Source: Tetramitus jugosus
Taxonomy: Eukaryota > Protista > Heterolobosea
Length of the DNA stretch: 64,000 bases
Assembly: GCA_937625935.1 (NCBI GenBank)
Contig: OW569383.1
Coordinates: forward strand, 379,333 to 443,332
Direction: 5' to 3'
Shown here: piece after piece, positions 23,688 through 35,800 of the stretch
Numbering within the stretch: position 1 is the first letter of the stretch
Layout of the letters: each line of letters starts with the position of its first letter
Notes under the pieces: model-generated
Databases searched by the model: none
What the model was told of the DNA's origin: nothing
The model's input: only the letters and a program-made list of their open reading frames with translations
Program-made: the position numbers and the translations under genes

Positions 23688-23724
23688 ATGAAAATATCCA
23701 TGAGGGTGATTCCCTCGATTAAAT

Positions 23725-23760
23725 ATGAGCTCTTCTTCAGACTCTGGAAGAAGAGCTCAT
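23725..23760. repeat. Perfect 14-bp inverted repeat (hairpin) between convergent genes
   Basis: ATGAGCTCTTCTTC (23725-23738), 8-nt spacer, GAAGAAGAGCTCAT (23747-23760). Confidence 0.9.
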
Positions 23761-23823
23761 TTGACGCCCAAATGGACGACTGAATAACACAATCCAATGA
23801 AAGAAAGCAACGTCACTGGTCCC

Positions 23824-24867
23824 TTAATATTTATACATGAATTGGCAAAAGAGTCCAAAGTGATCACTCGGAAAGACCTTCTGGTTGTCTTCGTCGTTCA
23901 TAAATGGTTCTGCTCCGATCATTTCGATATGATTTGGTTGCCAACGGTTTTGGTGACTCTTCAATATGATACGATCATATCTCATGACTTCATACCCACC
24001 CTTAATCATGGGATTCACTTCAGTGTCAAAAGTTTTTCCTTTTTCATTTGGAAGAAGAGTCTTCCACACATCTTTGAACTCCTTGATGGGCTCCGATAGG
24101 AGCACTTCATTCTCTAGAGTGCAGTTCAAAGGAATTTCATCATCCTTCAATTCTCTATCCACCCAGTTCTTTTCGTCATCAAAGTTAAAATCTCCCATTA
24201 GCATCGCATGAGGAGAGTCAGCTAAAAGTTTTCCACATATCTCTGATATTTGTTGAGTTCTAAGCTTTTGAGAGTTTAGAGATTCGAGATGAACAGTAGC
24301 AATACGAATAAATGAATCATTAGGCGCACTCTCGCTATTATTTTCCTGATTGAGGTGGTGAATGTTAGGAGATACATCGATAGCGACACAGTTTCTGTTC
24401 ATAAACGATTCAAGCTTATGGAAGTGCAATTTTGTGACTCGAAACGATGGATCAGTCTTCTTTACAAGTATTAACACACCATAATCGTTGATTGTGCGCA
24501 TCTGAGAAGACGCATCTGTCATAAGATACTGTTCTCTAATCCAGTTCTCTTGCTCAATCATCTGCAGGAAAGGTTTAGTTACTTCCTGAAAGCATAGAAC
24601 AGTGGGTGATCTCTTCTCGCATATTCGAAAAATTTCCTTGTATCTCTCCTCTCTTTGATAGTTGCTAAACCAAACGTTCCACGTAATGACAGAGAGCTCC
24701 AACTCTTTGTGCAGCGCTTTGTTTGTTTCTGATGACCACTCTTGAACATCAGGTTGATACTCATAGAACAATGGTGATGTATTGGTCGCTGTTCTGCGAA
24801 TGGCAGAGGAAGATTGGAGAGATGTTTGAAGTTCCTCTCTTTGATGTTGGCTATGTTGGGAACCCAT
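23824..24867 (-). CDS. TDP2: Tyrosyl-DNA phosphodiesterase 2-like EEP-family phosphodiesterase
   Basis: Motifs ITWNV, CFQEVT, ATVHLES, MGDFN, RYDRI, PSDHFGL; N-terminal MGSQHS myristoylation-like motif. Confidence 0.82.
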   Translation of the reverse strand: MGSQHSQHQREELQTSLQSSSAIRRTATNTSPLFYEYQPDVQEWSSETNKALHKELELSVITWNVWFSNYQREERYKEIFRICEKRSPTVLCFQEVTKPFLQMIEQENWIREQYLMTDASSQMRTINDYGVLILVKKTDPSFRVTKLHFHKLESFMNRNCVAIDVSPNIHHLNQENNSESAPNDSFIRIATVHLESLNSQKLRTQQISEICGKLLADSPHAMLMGDFNFDDEKNWVDRELKDDEIPLNCTLENEVLLSEPIKEFKDVWKTLLPNEKGKTFDTEVNPMIKGGYEVMRYDRIILKSHQNRWQPNHIEMIGAEPFMNDEDNQKVFPSDHFGLFCQFMYKY

Positions 24868-25117
24868 GTTGCTTGGTTTCTTTAGGAACTTTGGTTTTTT
24901 TTGTGTTTTGTCCTGCGAACTCTGTGGTGTGTTTTATTGAACTTGTTTGACGAAAACCAGGTCTTAAGTTTTGATTGGCAAGTTGAAAGAGGAGTCCAAA
25001 CAATGCTTGAAGAAATGTTTACTGATTTCTTGTAGTTTCTCTTTGTTAATTTTGTTGAGCACTTTTTGAGGTTTTCAGGCATTGTTTCTCACCCTTTTTC
25101 ATAGATAGATATTGCAA

Positions 25118-26023
25118 CTATAGTTCCACTTCGAGTTGTTTGTCGATCATATGCAGATTAGACTTGGCTACTTGCAAGTATTCGCTGTAACATGGCAAAC
25201 CATGTGGATGAGAAGTCATGAGTTCTATTGCTAAGATCAAGTCTTTTCGAGTGATTGCAATATCAGTGGGATAAAAAATGGCTGTTTCCACAAGCAGAAT
25301 TGGTGTCCACAATGGATCTTCCTTTCGGAGAGCGCATCGATAAATATCTTCGGTAAGACTTCTCGGGGCATAGTACATTTCCAACAATTTTGCCAGAGAG
25401 AGTAACTCTGGAACTGAGAATTCCGTCCAATACAGAGAGACTAAACGGCTCAGTTTCTCAGCATCAACTTGTCTTTGAGGCTTCAAGGAGCATACTTGTC
25501 CAATTTTTCCAAGTAGCATCATCAGAGAAACACCAAATATAACTCCACTCATGAGGACTGGGCTGACCAGTCTTTCACGCAATGGTGCTCGAAACAACAC
25601 ACCAATCAAGGCAAGCGACGATGTCAAAGGTAAAAGAACCAACGCACCAATAGGATAAACACTTAAAATCAAGAACCAACTCCAGGGAAGTCCCTTATCA
25701 ATCGTTGTGTTTGTTTCAAACATCAATAGTGTTTCGAGAGCTCGGGGAAGCACTGTTTGACACTGCTCATTTCCAGATATGGCTTTCTCGCTTGGAAACA
25801 CGAGCGATTTGGTCCAATGCTTCGCATTTGTGTTTTGCTCTTTATTCCTTTTCTTCTCAAATCTTTCCTCCAACAGTTTTTGCCAAAATGATACCCTGAA
25901 CGAATCATCTGTGAACACTTGCAGACGTTTGGTGCTGAATAAAGCGACTCCAAAGTTGTTGTGTCTCGGTGGTATTGCGAGACACCCTTGTCTGTTCCAA
26001 CCACGCAAACCGAGGCGCTTCAT
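25118..26023 (-). CDS. Uncharacterised membrane protein, possibly mitochondrial
   Basis: 301-aa ORF; Arg-rich, acid-free N-terminus resembling a presequence; 2-3 hydrophobic segments. Confidence 0.6.
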   Translation of the reverse strand: MKRLGLRGWNRQGCLAIPPRHNNFGVALFSTKRLQVFTDDSFRVSFWQKLLEERFEKKRNKEQNTNAKHWTKSLVFPSEKAISGNEQCQTVLPRALETLLMFETNTTIDKGLPWSWFLILSVYPIGALVLLPLTSSLALIGVLFRAPLRERLVSPVLMSGVIFGVSLMMLLGKIGQVCSLKPQRQVDAEKLSRLVSLYWTEFSVPELLSLAKLLEMYYAPRSLTEDIYRCALRKEDPLWTPILLVETAIFYPTDIAITRKDLILAIELMTSHPHGLPCYSEYLQVAKSNLHMIDKQLEVEL

Positions 26024-26101
26024 ATTTTTGTTGTTTCGGCATCAAAAATTGTTACCCAGTTTTACTTCCGTGTTGTGAGTTCGACAGCCAAAACAACTGG
26101 T

Positions 26102-27314
26102 TCATGGGACTTTTTGTTGACCAAAGTCCAAAGTTCGAAGAATGCCTCCATGTGTTCGCGCAGATTCCATCAGAAGCTCGACATCACATTTCAAACATTC
26201 GGATGCATATTCGATAGCACGTCCATCGTTACGAACAGCTTGCATGACTAGTTCTCTGTCATTGCGCAATTCTTTAGATGCATATCTCAATGCCAATCCA
26301 TCATTCTTTACAGCTTCAAGTACCACTTCTCTGTCATTATGCCACTTGATTGGTGAAATCTTAAGAATCCATCCAATCTGACGAGCAGCTGTCATTACTA
26401 CCTCCTTGTCATTTCGAGGTACCTGTCCCGCATAAATTAAAACAATTCCTTCCTTCTGGAGAGCTTTCATTACTATTTCTTTGTCATTGCGCAACTTTGG
26501 TGATGCATATCGAAGAGAAAATCCACTTGAAGACAATAAAGATTCCATTACCACTTCTCTTTCGTTCTGCAATTGTGAAGAAGCATATTTCAGAGCTTCT
26601 CCTGTCTTTTTCACCGCTATTAGCACTAATTGTTTATGATTACGCAACTCTTGCGATGCGAATTCAAGGCTACTTCCATCCACTGTCACTGCTTCCAAAA
26701 CTACATCTATGTTGCTACATAAGTCTTGCGATGCAAAGCAGAGCGAACTTGGTATATTCTTCACAGCTTCCAATACAACATCTCTGTCACAGAGCAGTTC
26801 TTGAGAAGCATATTCAAGAGCTCTTCCATCTCTTTGAACAGCTTGAATGACTACTTGTTTGTCATTTCTCAAATCGTGAGATGCATATTTGAGAGCCAAT
26901 CCAGAGTTTTTTACAACTTCCATCACTGTTGTCTTATCTCGACGCAGACTCTGGGAAACAAACTTTAGAGATAATCCATCGTTCTTCACTGCCTCCAGGG
27001 CAACTTGTTTGTTGTTGCGTAAGTCTTGTGACACATATTTTAAAGCACTTCTGGTCTGTACTGCTTTCATTACCACCTCTCTATCATTGCACAATTCTGG
27101 TGATGCATATTGAAGTATCCATCCAACTAGGGATTGCTCACTGTGTAGTGGCATCATCACCACATCTCTGTCATTTTTCAAGTCATCAGATGCAAACCTC
27201 AAAGCTCCTATGCTGTTCTTCACTGCTTCAACAACTACTTCTTTATCATTCCTAAGTTCAGGTGAAACAAATTGAAGAGTATCCACAAATGTTCACAGCT
27301 GTCATCACGACTTC
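26102..27314 (-). CDS. DUF4116 tandem-repeat protein with apparent frameshift near 27283 (possible pseudogene)
   Basis: About 15 repeats of about 25 aa with consensus DREVVLEAVKNDGLALxYASxELRN. The upstream repeat EVVMTAVNICG lies in a different frame from DTLQFVSPELRN. Confidence 0.85.
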
Positions 27315-28287
27315 CTATGGCATCAGTATCTTCAGATGGATGGAATCTTCATCAATGTTGTCATGCTGATTTTGTGCCTTGTGTTCGACAAGCACTTTGT
27401 AAGACTCGACAGCGTAAAACAAGAGATTCGAAAGTTTTCAAGTTCCTTTTCTCACGAACATGAGGACAGTTTCTTGGCTCTAACCGCAGCAAGAACACAA
27501 TTCTATGTGTTGATTTGGAAAGCTTGTTCTTTTCGTCTTGCTGCTTCATTGCCCACCGCAAAGAATACATTCTTGTGTGGAGAGACTCCAATACTACCAA
27601 ACTATGATTTGCGAAATACTTTATTGGGAGAGGATAGAAGATTTATTGAGCGACTTCAGTTGGACAAGACAGGTTTCAAGTGTTCTTCTTTGGTATTGAA
27701 TGGGGCAAGCAGAAAACTGGTCAGGGAGGACAGTTGCATAGAAGATGTCTCAGACGCAACCCATAAATATCAAGCAAATCACTTCAGAACCGACTGGTGT
27801 ACAATGTGAAGTTAGAACCTGTCATTTGAGCATAGCTTCATCTAGAGTCATCTCAGTTTCAAATAGTACTGCTGTAGGTGCTTCATTGTCATCAGAGTTA
27901 CTCCCTAGTCTGTATATTGTGTTTTTAACACGAGCATACATCTCGGCACAACTGGAACCGATTTGAGTAATTGGCCCAAGAGAGAGTAGACCTAGTTGGT
28001 CACTCTCGTAGTGCCAACACTTGCCATGGAATTCCAAAATACTTATGCGAAAGGATCCACATCTGCTTAATGTGCCTGAAATTTATGAGATTAACCCATT
28101 CCAGAGAACAATCATTGTCGATACCAAGTAAAGAGATCGCACAACCCAGCCCTGAACAAGAAGTATAACAAGCAAGTGATTCTTGTTGCTCAGCTTATTG
28201 TTAGTTAGTCCTTGTCAACCCTAGTGATTTTTGCCTCACCAAGAGGTGGGATCATGAAAAGAAAGCTCTCTTTTGCAGCGAAATTCT

Positions 28288-28779
28288 TTATTGACCTGGG
28301 GCAAGTTGTATATAATCGTCCGATGCTGATCTGACTTGAAGACAGATAATGCCAAGCAGCAATAGAGGAAATAATAACAACAGTACAATGGATGTGACTG
28401 CCCATCGGTAGGAGACCTTTTGGTGTTGCAGGAATTTGGGAACACTTTCTTGATTGATGGCTTTGTAGACTCCTTTTCTGCACGTGTACCATACCGAGCA
28501 ACCAACATCACTTCCTGGCGCAATCCATCCCACCTCACTGTAACTAAAGTATAACTTAAATTGATATTGTCCTAAACAAGGAAGATTGGCCGTCGCCACC
28601 GCAACCTGTGTTTCAGACCATGTAACAATCGTGCAATTGTCAGACATCCTTTCGAATCCCTTTCTGATCACAATTTCATCACGGATGTAGAGTGGGATGA
28701 GCACCACTGCAAATAAAAGACCGACCCATGCACAGCCACAGAGGTAGGGCCACACAGTAAGTTCGTCGTCGCTTGCCAT
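28288..28779 (-). CDS. Small two-TM protein with Cys-containing loop
   Basis: 163-aa ATG ORF; N- and C-terminal hydrophobic helices flank a loop with 4 Cys and N-glycosylation sites (NCT). Confidence 0.6.
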   Translation of the reverse strand: MASDDELTVWPYLCGCAWVGLLFAVVLIPLYIRDEIVIRKGFERMSDNCTIVTWSETQVAVATANLPCLGQYQFKLYFSYSEVGWIAPGSDVGCSVWYTCRKGVYKAINQESVPKFLQHQKVSYRWAVTSIVLLLLFPLLLLGIICLQVRSASDDYIQLAPGQ

Positions 28780-29816
28780 TCCCTTTTCTTCGCTTTCGCT
28801 TTGGGCCTTGTTTTTATCGGTTGTTCTTTCTTTCCAACACCATTCTCTCAGAGAAAACAGAGGTTGTCAACCAATACACCATCTGGTTTAATACATGTGC
28901 AGCACATTTGCGATTCAATTTGTTTTTCCGTATCACGCAAAACAAACAAAGTCTCAATGGAATCAAACATGAAGAAATTCAAGCGATGTGAGAAAGACTA
29001 TCGTATGTGTATGGCTGTAGTAACAGCAAATCATGACCGTAACACTATGACTTACTTTTTAGGTGCAAGGAGATGTCAAGACAATGTTCTATTATGCAAG
29101 TATGATTAACAATAGATTATTTACTTCGAATACTTTCTCATGCTCTCTCTCTGGTAACCATTGACACGTTTACAGTGATCTTGGATTCAGCAGACTTCAA
29201 CATACCAGGATATCTATGTGGTTCGGTAAAGAATGTATTACCATCATGATCTAGTTCTGCTCTCAAGGTTGTTCTTGGACCAATTACACTGTATACTCTA
29301 TATTGTCCAAAGAATTCTTAACATTCTCCTTATTTTCAACCAATAAGTCACCGCCTCCTTTGATAACACTTCTCATATTGAACTGAGGTCAATGTCTTGT
29401 TGTGACCTTCAGATAACTTGTACACCAATGGAGTGATGGAAACAGTTGTAGGTTCTTCTGGCATCTCTTATTGATGAACCAGCTATTTACATAACTCCAT
29501 CGTCATCATAATGTTGGTGCCGCATTCTATGATTCATCTTACTTGCTGTTTGCTATAAACAATCCGATACACAGTTTCATTCTGTTAAATCATTCTGTTA
29601 AATCATTGCTTCTATTTTCCCGATTCACTATCAATGAGATATGAGCTGCCGGTTGAAGTTGGACCAAGCAGCACACTTTCATTTACTTGCTAAAACACAA
29701 ACAGTGTAAACCATGTCATTGTACCACTCATGAGAAGAGAGAAGGAGTTCTCAACGGTATTGGAGTAGTCATTTTGTTCAGTAGGTATTGAGAATTTATT
29801 GCTGGTGAACATTCTG

Positions 29817-32800
29817 TTATGACTGCCAAGCATTTCTTCTTCTTTCCAAATAGGGAGAAGTCTTGTTGATCAAGTTAGCTTCACTCAATGAGCTAGTGTC
29901 CGGAGATGACATGTCAGACATTTCTACATCCATCGGCTGTGTGTATTTCCTCGACAACATGGTTCTTAATTTGTTGTCATCTTCGTTCTTAACCTTGTAC
30001 ATTCTTCGAGCAAAACTAGAGAATTGTTCGTCTTCTAACGACGAGACATTCTTGTCCAGAACGAACTCAAACTTCCATGCGTCCAACTTGGCTTGTTTCT
30101 GTTTCTTTTTTCTCTTGGTGAGTATTCTCCAGAGTAAGAGGAAGGAGATGACCAGTAGCAGACCTAACAATAGCAAGAGGAATAAAGACCCAGCTATGGA
30201 TGCCACTGCAGTAACAACTCCCTTTGTAAATTGTTTCACTTCTTCAACAGCAGGAGTCACAACGATGAAATTTTTTGGAACGTCAGTAATGTTGCAAGTG
30301 TCATACTGGCATCCAATCCATATTCTATCGATTAGGACTGACACCACGGAATCTGAAACCTTTCTTTGAGGTTGGGTCAAACTTTGAGAAACTGCCAGGT
30401 AGCCTGTCGACAACCTTTGTTTGAACACATCAACGAGAGTTCTTTCGGTCTCGAATGACAAGGTACAAACTTCAGAGTATCCTTGAATCACTTCGACATC
30501 TATTCGCCATGGTTCATCAGGAAGTGGATCAGAAGAATTAGTGGACACGTTTTGTGTCATGAGCCAGTTGTTAAATAATGTCTCGTTCATATGAATCATT
30601 TCTACCTCTGGTCTGACGAGCTTGAGGGAGAGTGTGTGTGGAACACCAAGTGAAAATCCAGGACAAGATTCAGTGGCAGTGGAAACTAGGGATCCTAATT
30701 GATATGACAAAGATATTGTTTTCACGTCTTCAGAAACAACACTTACAGATGCTAATACATAATAGGAATCGTCATGATCCGATATATACCATAGTTCAAC
30801 AAGGTTACCTATCTGTCCCGGATCAATAACAAATTCGATAGAGAGTTGCTGATCAACCTGATCCACGAGTGCCATCTTGGATCTTACCATAGCTCTCGGA
30901 TTCGAATCAGAGATGTATGAAGTGATTCTGGACATGGAACGACTAGAAAGCTCTTCAAACGGAATCCAGTCAATTGACAAAAGATTGTTCTGGGTTGGCT
31001 CAAAACTATTTAGCAAAGTATCTCTATCAAATGAATCATAGAATGTAAATAAGCTCGTATCAACATAGTAGAAGAATGCAGGTGAAATTCTTGGCGTAAA
31101 TTCTCTGTTTAGCATTGTAACAGTTAGTTGTACTACATGATTATTTGCTTCTTCAAAAAGAGGAACCTCACACTCTACATGTCGAACATATACATTATTT
31201 GAAAGAACCTCTATTTTCATCTCTTCTCCATTATTTTTCTTCATCAGGAACGAACAAGTGATATTCCGATCTGTAGAGAACCATGATCCATGAACAGTTA
31301 TAATGTCGCCATGTTTAGCTGTAGTTGGATTGATACTGTGTATATGCGGCTGAAAGTAAATCAGTGAAATTCCAGGTTGAGGAATAGGAGCAGAGCTTGT
31401 GACAGAATTGATAATAATCCGTGTAAACTCGACAGTCGATTCGCCATTTGGCCATACGAAGGATGGTTTGAAACATGCATCTCCAGTAAGCCCTATTGAG
31501 CGGCAGTCAAAAAGTTGGGCAGTTACATTGACTTTTGCATTTGTATCCTCCAGTGTAACTCTCGATTGACTTTCTATTGTTAAGTGTAGTCCAGTTAACC
31601 GAATCCAAGTACTCGTTATAGAATCTGCAGGCACTCCAGAAGGATATAAATTATCAATATTCGGTTCCCATTTACCAAGAATTGTAAACTTTTTACCGTT
31701 TAACTCACTAGGATAGGTCGAAGTGAATAAGTCCATAACCTTGTTACGCGGAATTATAGAGAGTTGATTTTTCGAAATATCATTGAGGTATACATAGGAA
31801 TCGGACTCCAATTTCACACCAGCAAAGAATCCATCGTAGATATCAACAAGAATTAGTTGATTTCCGTGTACTCGTGATACAAAATTCCTGCGCATCACAT
31901 GAACTTCGCCATTTACAAACAATAGCGCTTGGACATCTTCTATCGAAGGGAACGACTCTAACACAATTAGTTCTGAAACTTGATTAGACATAGAAACTTG
32001 AAGTATCACCATTGCACCACCCTGCTTCCTTTGTGCTAGAATAAAGAGAGTATCGCTCAGTGGGTCAATAGTAACAAACCGGCTGTCATTTTCTTCCAAA
32101 AAAGGCAAATATTCCGTTAGTGTGTAAACTTGATCATTATTCTTGTTTGTTAAACTCAGAGAATGAATTGTGATATCCTCCTTGACCGATACAATTATCA
32201 ATGAAACTTTTCTGACAAAAACTGCGCAAGTACTCATATCTGGGATTGCCCGAGCAGGTGAAGCCCTCAGCAATGTTAATGATTGAGAGGAAACAGTGTA
32301 GATTCCTTCGTCTCTTATCAGATAGAAAGATCTTGAGTACTCACTGTAGAGTGTCTTTGAGGAGTTCACTGAAGTGAAACTAAACACAGCTCTGCCAAAA
32401 TTCATATCCACTAAAGAAATATTCTGCAGGTACCCATCAGGGGTAGAAACAAGTAAATATTCATGGCTCAATTCACTTTCACTCCTCACAATTTCACAAT
32501 CTTTTCCAGAAAAACGTGGTTGACAAAGACAGTTATCAGGTGCAATGCACTCTCCTCTTCCACTACAGACACTAGTTTGATTACCCAAATCACCGAAGCA
32601 GATGGGAATATCACATATATTAGATACATAACCATCGGCACAACTACAGAAGTCAGGTGTTCGGCAAGATCCATGACCAGAACACACAGTTGATTCATTT
32701 GAGAGTGAACCGTGACACTGAACTATTTGGCACAGATCACCAAAATAACCATCTAAACAGGAGCAACTATTGGGTTCAACACAGGCACCAACTCCGCTAC

Positions 32801-35800
32801 AAACCAACGGATTTGAGGCTGCTAAATCATAACAAATAGGAACAGAACAATTAGTTCCAGTGTATTCGTTTGTACACAAACAAATATCTGGAGCTGTGCA
32901 GTTTCCTTTACCTGAACAAACCAAACTCGAATTTTGGCTAAAACCGAAGCAAATATTCAGCTCGCACCTATTTCCAGTTTTCCCATTATCACAAGAACAG
33001 ACATCAGGAGCTAAGCAGTCTCCAAATCCGCTACACACACTTCTGTTATTTCCATCAGTACCAAAACATATGGGAATTTCACACTCTTCCCCAGTGTACC
33101 CACTAGTACATTTACAATTATCAGGCAATATGCACGACCCATGTCCGTTACAAGTGTTCGAATCTGTTTCATTCAATCCAAAACATACATTGATTTCACA
33201 TTGTAAACCAACTCTTCCTGCTCTACAAAGACAAGAGTCAGGAGCAATACAAGTACCATTTAAGTATGAACAAACCGCAACATCGGTCTCTAGCTTTCCA
33301 TAACATAAAGGAGTATCACAATTAGGTCCGGTGTATCCTGCTTCAGCAAAACAAACACAATTGTTTGGAGAGACACATGTTCCATGACCTCCACAAACTA
33401 ATGGATCAGTCTCATTTCGTGAAGAGCAAATGTTTAGATGGCACTGATCTCCTGTTCGACCTTCAAGACATTCACATTTGTCCACGTCCGTGCAGGTCCC
33501 ATTAGAGGAGCATACTGCAGGATCAGTCTCATTAACTCCAAAACACGTAGATAGCTGACATTCTAATCCTGTTCTTCCGAATGTTCGACTGCAATTGCAT
33601 GTATCGGCATACACACAAGTACCAACACCAGAGCAGACATGGGGGAAGTAAGCAGCAACTCCGTAACATTTTGGAATTGAACAATCCGCTCCTTCCCATC
33701 CATAGGAGCAGTTACATTTATCAACAGAGTAACATACTCCATGACCACTACAAACATTTGCATCAGATTCATTTCGCCCATAACAAATATTCAACTCACA
33801 TTCTGACCCTGTTCTACCTTCACCACACAGACATACATCTGTATACAGACAGTTTCCTCGACCAGAACATACATCCTCATAATTATTGGCAGCTATTCCA
33901 AAACAGATTGGAATATTACAATCAAACCCAGTCCATGAATTCCAGGTGCAGTTGCATTTGTGGGGTGCCACACATTTTCCATGTTGATTACACACGAAAT
34001 CATCTGTTTCATTAAAACCAAAACAATAATTTAACTCACAATTGCTACCAGTTCTGCCTTCACTACACCAACAACCATCCGGTTCATAACAGAATCCGTA
34101 TCGAGAGCACACTGATCGGTTCGTGCCCCAAATACCATAACATAAGGGAATGCTACAATCTCTACTCACCCATCCGTCCGTACAATTACATTTATCTGGC
34201 TGATAGCAAAGGCCATGACTTGAGCATACCTCAACATCAGTTGTATTCACTTCAAAACAACTTGGATAGAAACATTCAAGTCCAGAATATCCATAGTCAC
34301 ACTCACAGGTATCTGGAGAGAGACAGTTGCCATGATCAGAACAGACATTTGAAGTATCATTGGAAAGAATTCCAAAACATATTGGATATTGACATTGAAG
34401 CCCAGCATAGCCAACATCACAAATGCATTCATCAGGTGAACTACAAATGCCATGCCCTGAACAGACTGAACTATCAACGTCCAACTTTCCATAACAATTG
34501 ACATATTGACAATCAGTTCCATTGAATCCTGGCGAACAAGCACACTGATCTGGCAGTTTACAATATCCACGACCATTACAAACAAAAGTCGAATTCAACT
34601 CAAGGATCCCGTTACATACATTCTGTTCACATTCTGCGCCACCGTAACCACGAGTACAGACACAAAAATCAACGTTAATACAATTTCCGTGTCCTAAATG
34701 TGAGTTGCATGAAGGAGGAGTAGTGGTCAAATTTTTTCCGTAGCATGTCAACGGTATGCAGTCACCTTTGGCATCAAGTTTCGTTAGACAAGTGCAATTA
34801 TTTGGTGCAACACACGTCCCATTCTTTCCATAGCCACAAGAGGCAGGATTTGTTGCATTCAGTCCGAAGCAAATTGGTGTGCTACAGAAACGGTCAGTAT
34901 ACCCAACGGAGCAATTGCATTTGTTGGGCGATACGCATGTACCATGGCCGGAGCAATCCAAATTCGTTGGGAGTACTAGTTCGATAGAAGTAGCTGGTGC
35001 TTGATAAATCGTTTCAACACCTGTGATTCTATCGAAATATCTACTATAGCATACAGGATAGCTGCAATTTCCTCCTGTAAAACCAGGAATTGGAGAAGAG
35101 AGACATACACATGTCTCTGGCTCAAAACAATACCCTTTACCGCTACAGACTAGGGGATCATTTGTATTCCTACCATGGCAAATTGTGTATTGACATCTAT
35201 CACCATTATAACCTGTTGTACAATTACATTCTCCTGGACCTATGCATGATCCACGAGAAGAGCAGACACTGGGATCGTTTGACAACAACCCAAAGCAATT
35301 AATATATTGACATCTGTCTCCTGACCATTTTTTAGGATCGCAAATACATGTGTTTAAGTATTTGCACTCTCCACGACCAGAGCACACATTTGGAGTGTCG
35401 GTCATGTTGTAACCAAAACATGATGTGAATTCACAATTGTTTCCTGAGAAGCCTGGTTTGCATACACATGTGTCTCTCGCAATACACGATCCATTTCCAG
35501 AACAAACATCTGGATCATCTGCTAGGATATTGAAGCAAGTGACTCCATTGTATAGTAACATTGAATGAGAAAATCCAGTTGAGAAGAACTCTGCGTACCG
35601 TTCCGTGAATTCACCACCTACGATTCTAGGCGTCATATGGTCCGCATTGGACGAATCTCCCATCTGACCATTTGAGTTTGCACCCCAAGCAAATACTTTG
35701 CCAGCGTCAGTCAGTACAAATGTAGTGCCACTTCCACTCGAGCTAATACTCACAATATTGTAACCCAAGAGTGCTTCCAATCTTGTTGGTAGACACTGAT

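Noticed and set aside
27336-27809. 157-aa + strand ORF
   Set aside because: No recognisable motif and lies in a degenerate-looking region; cannot be supported as a gene.
29140-29470. Coding-like fragments on the - strand (MPEEPTTVSITPLVYKLSEGH...)
   Set aside because: Short and interrupted; no family could be assigned with confidence.
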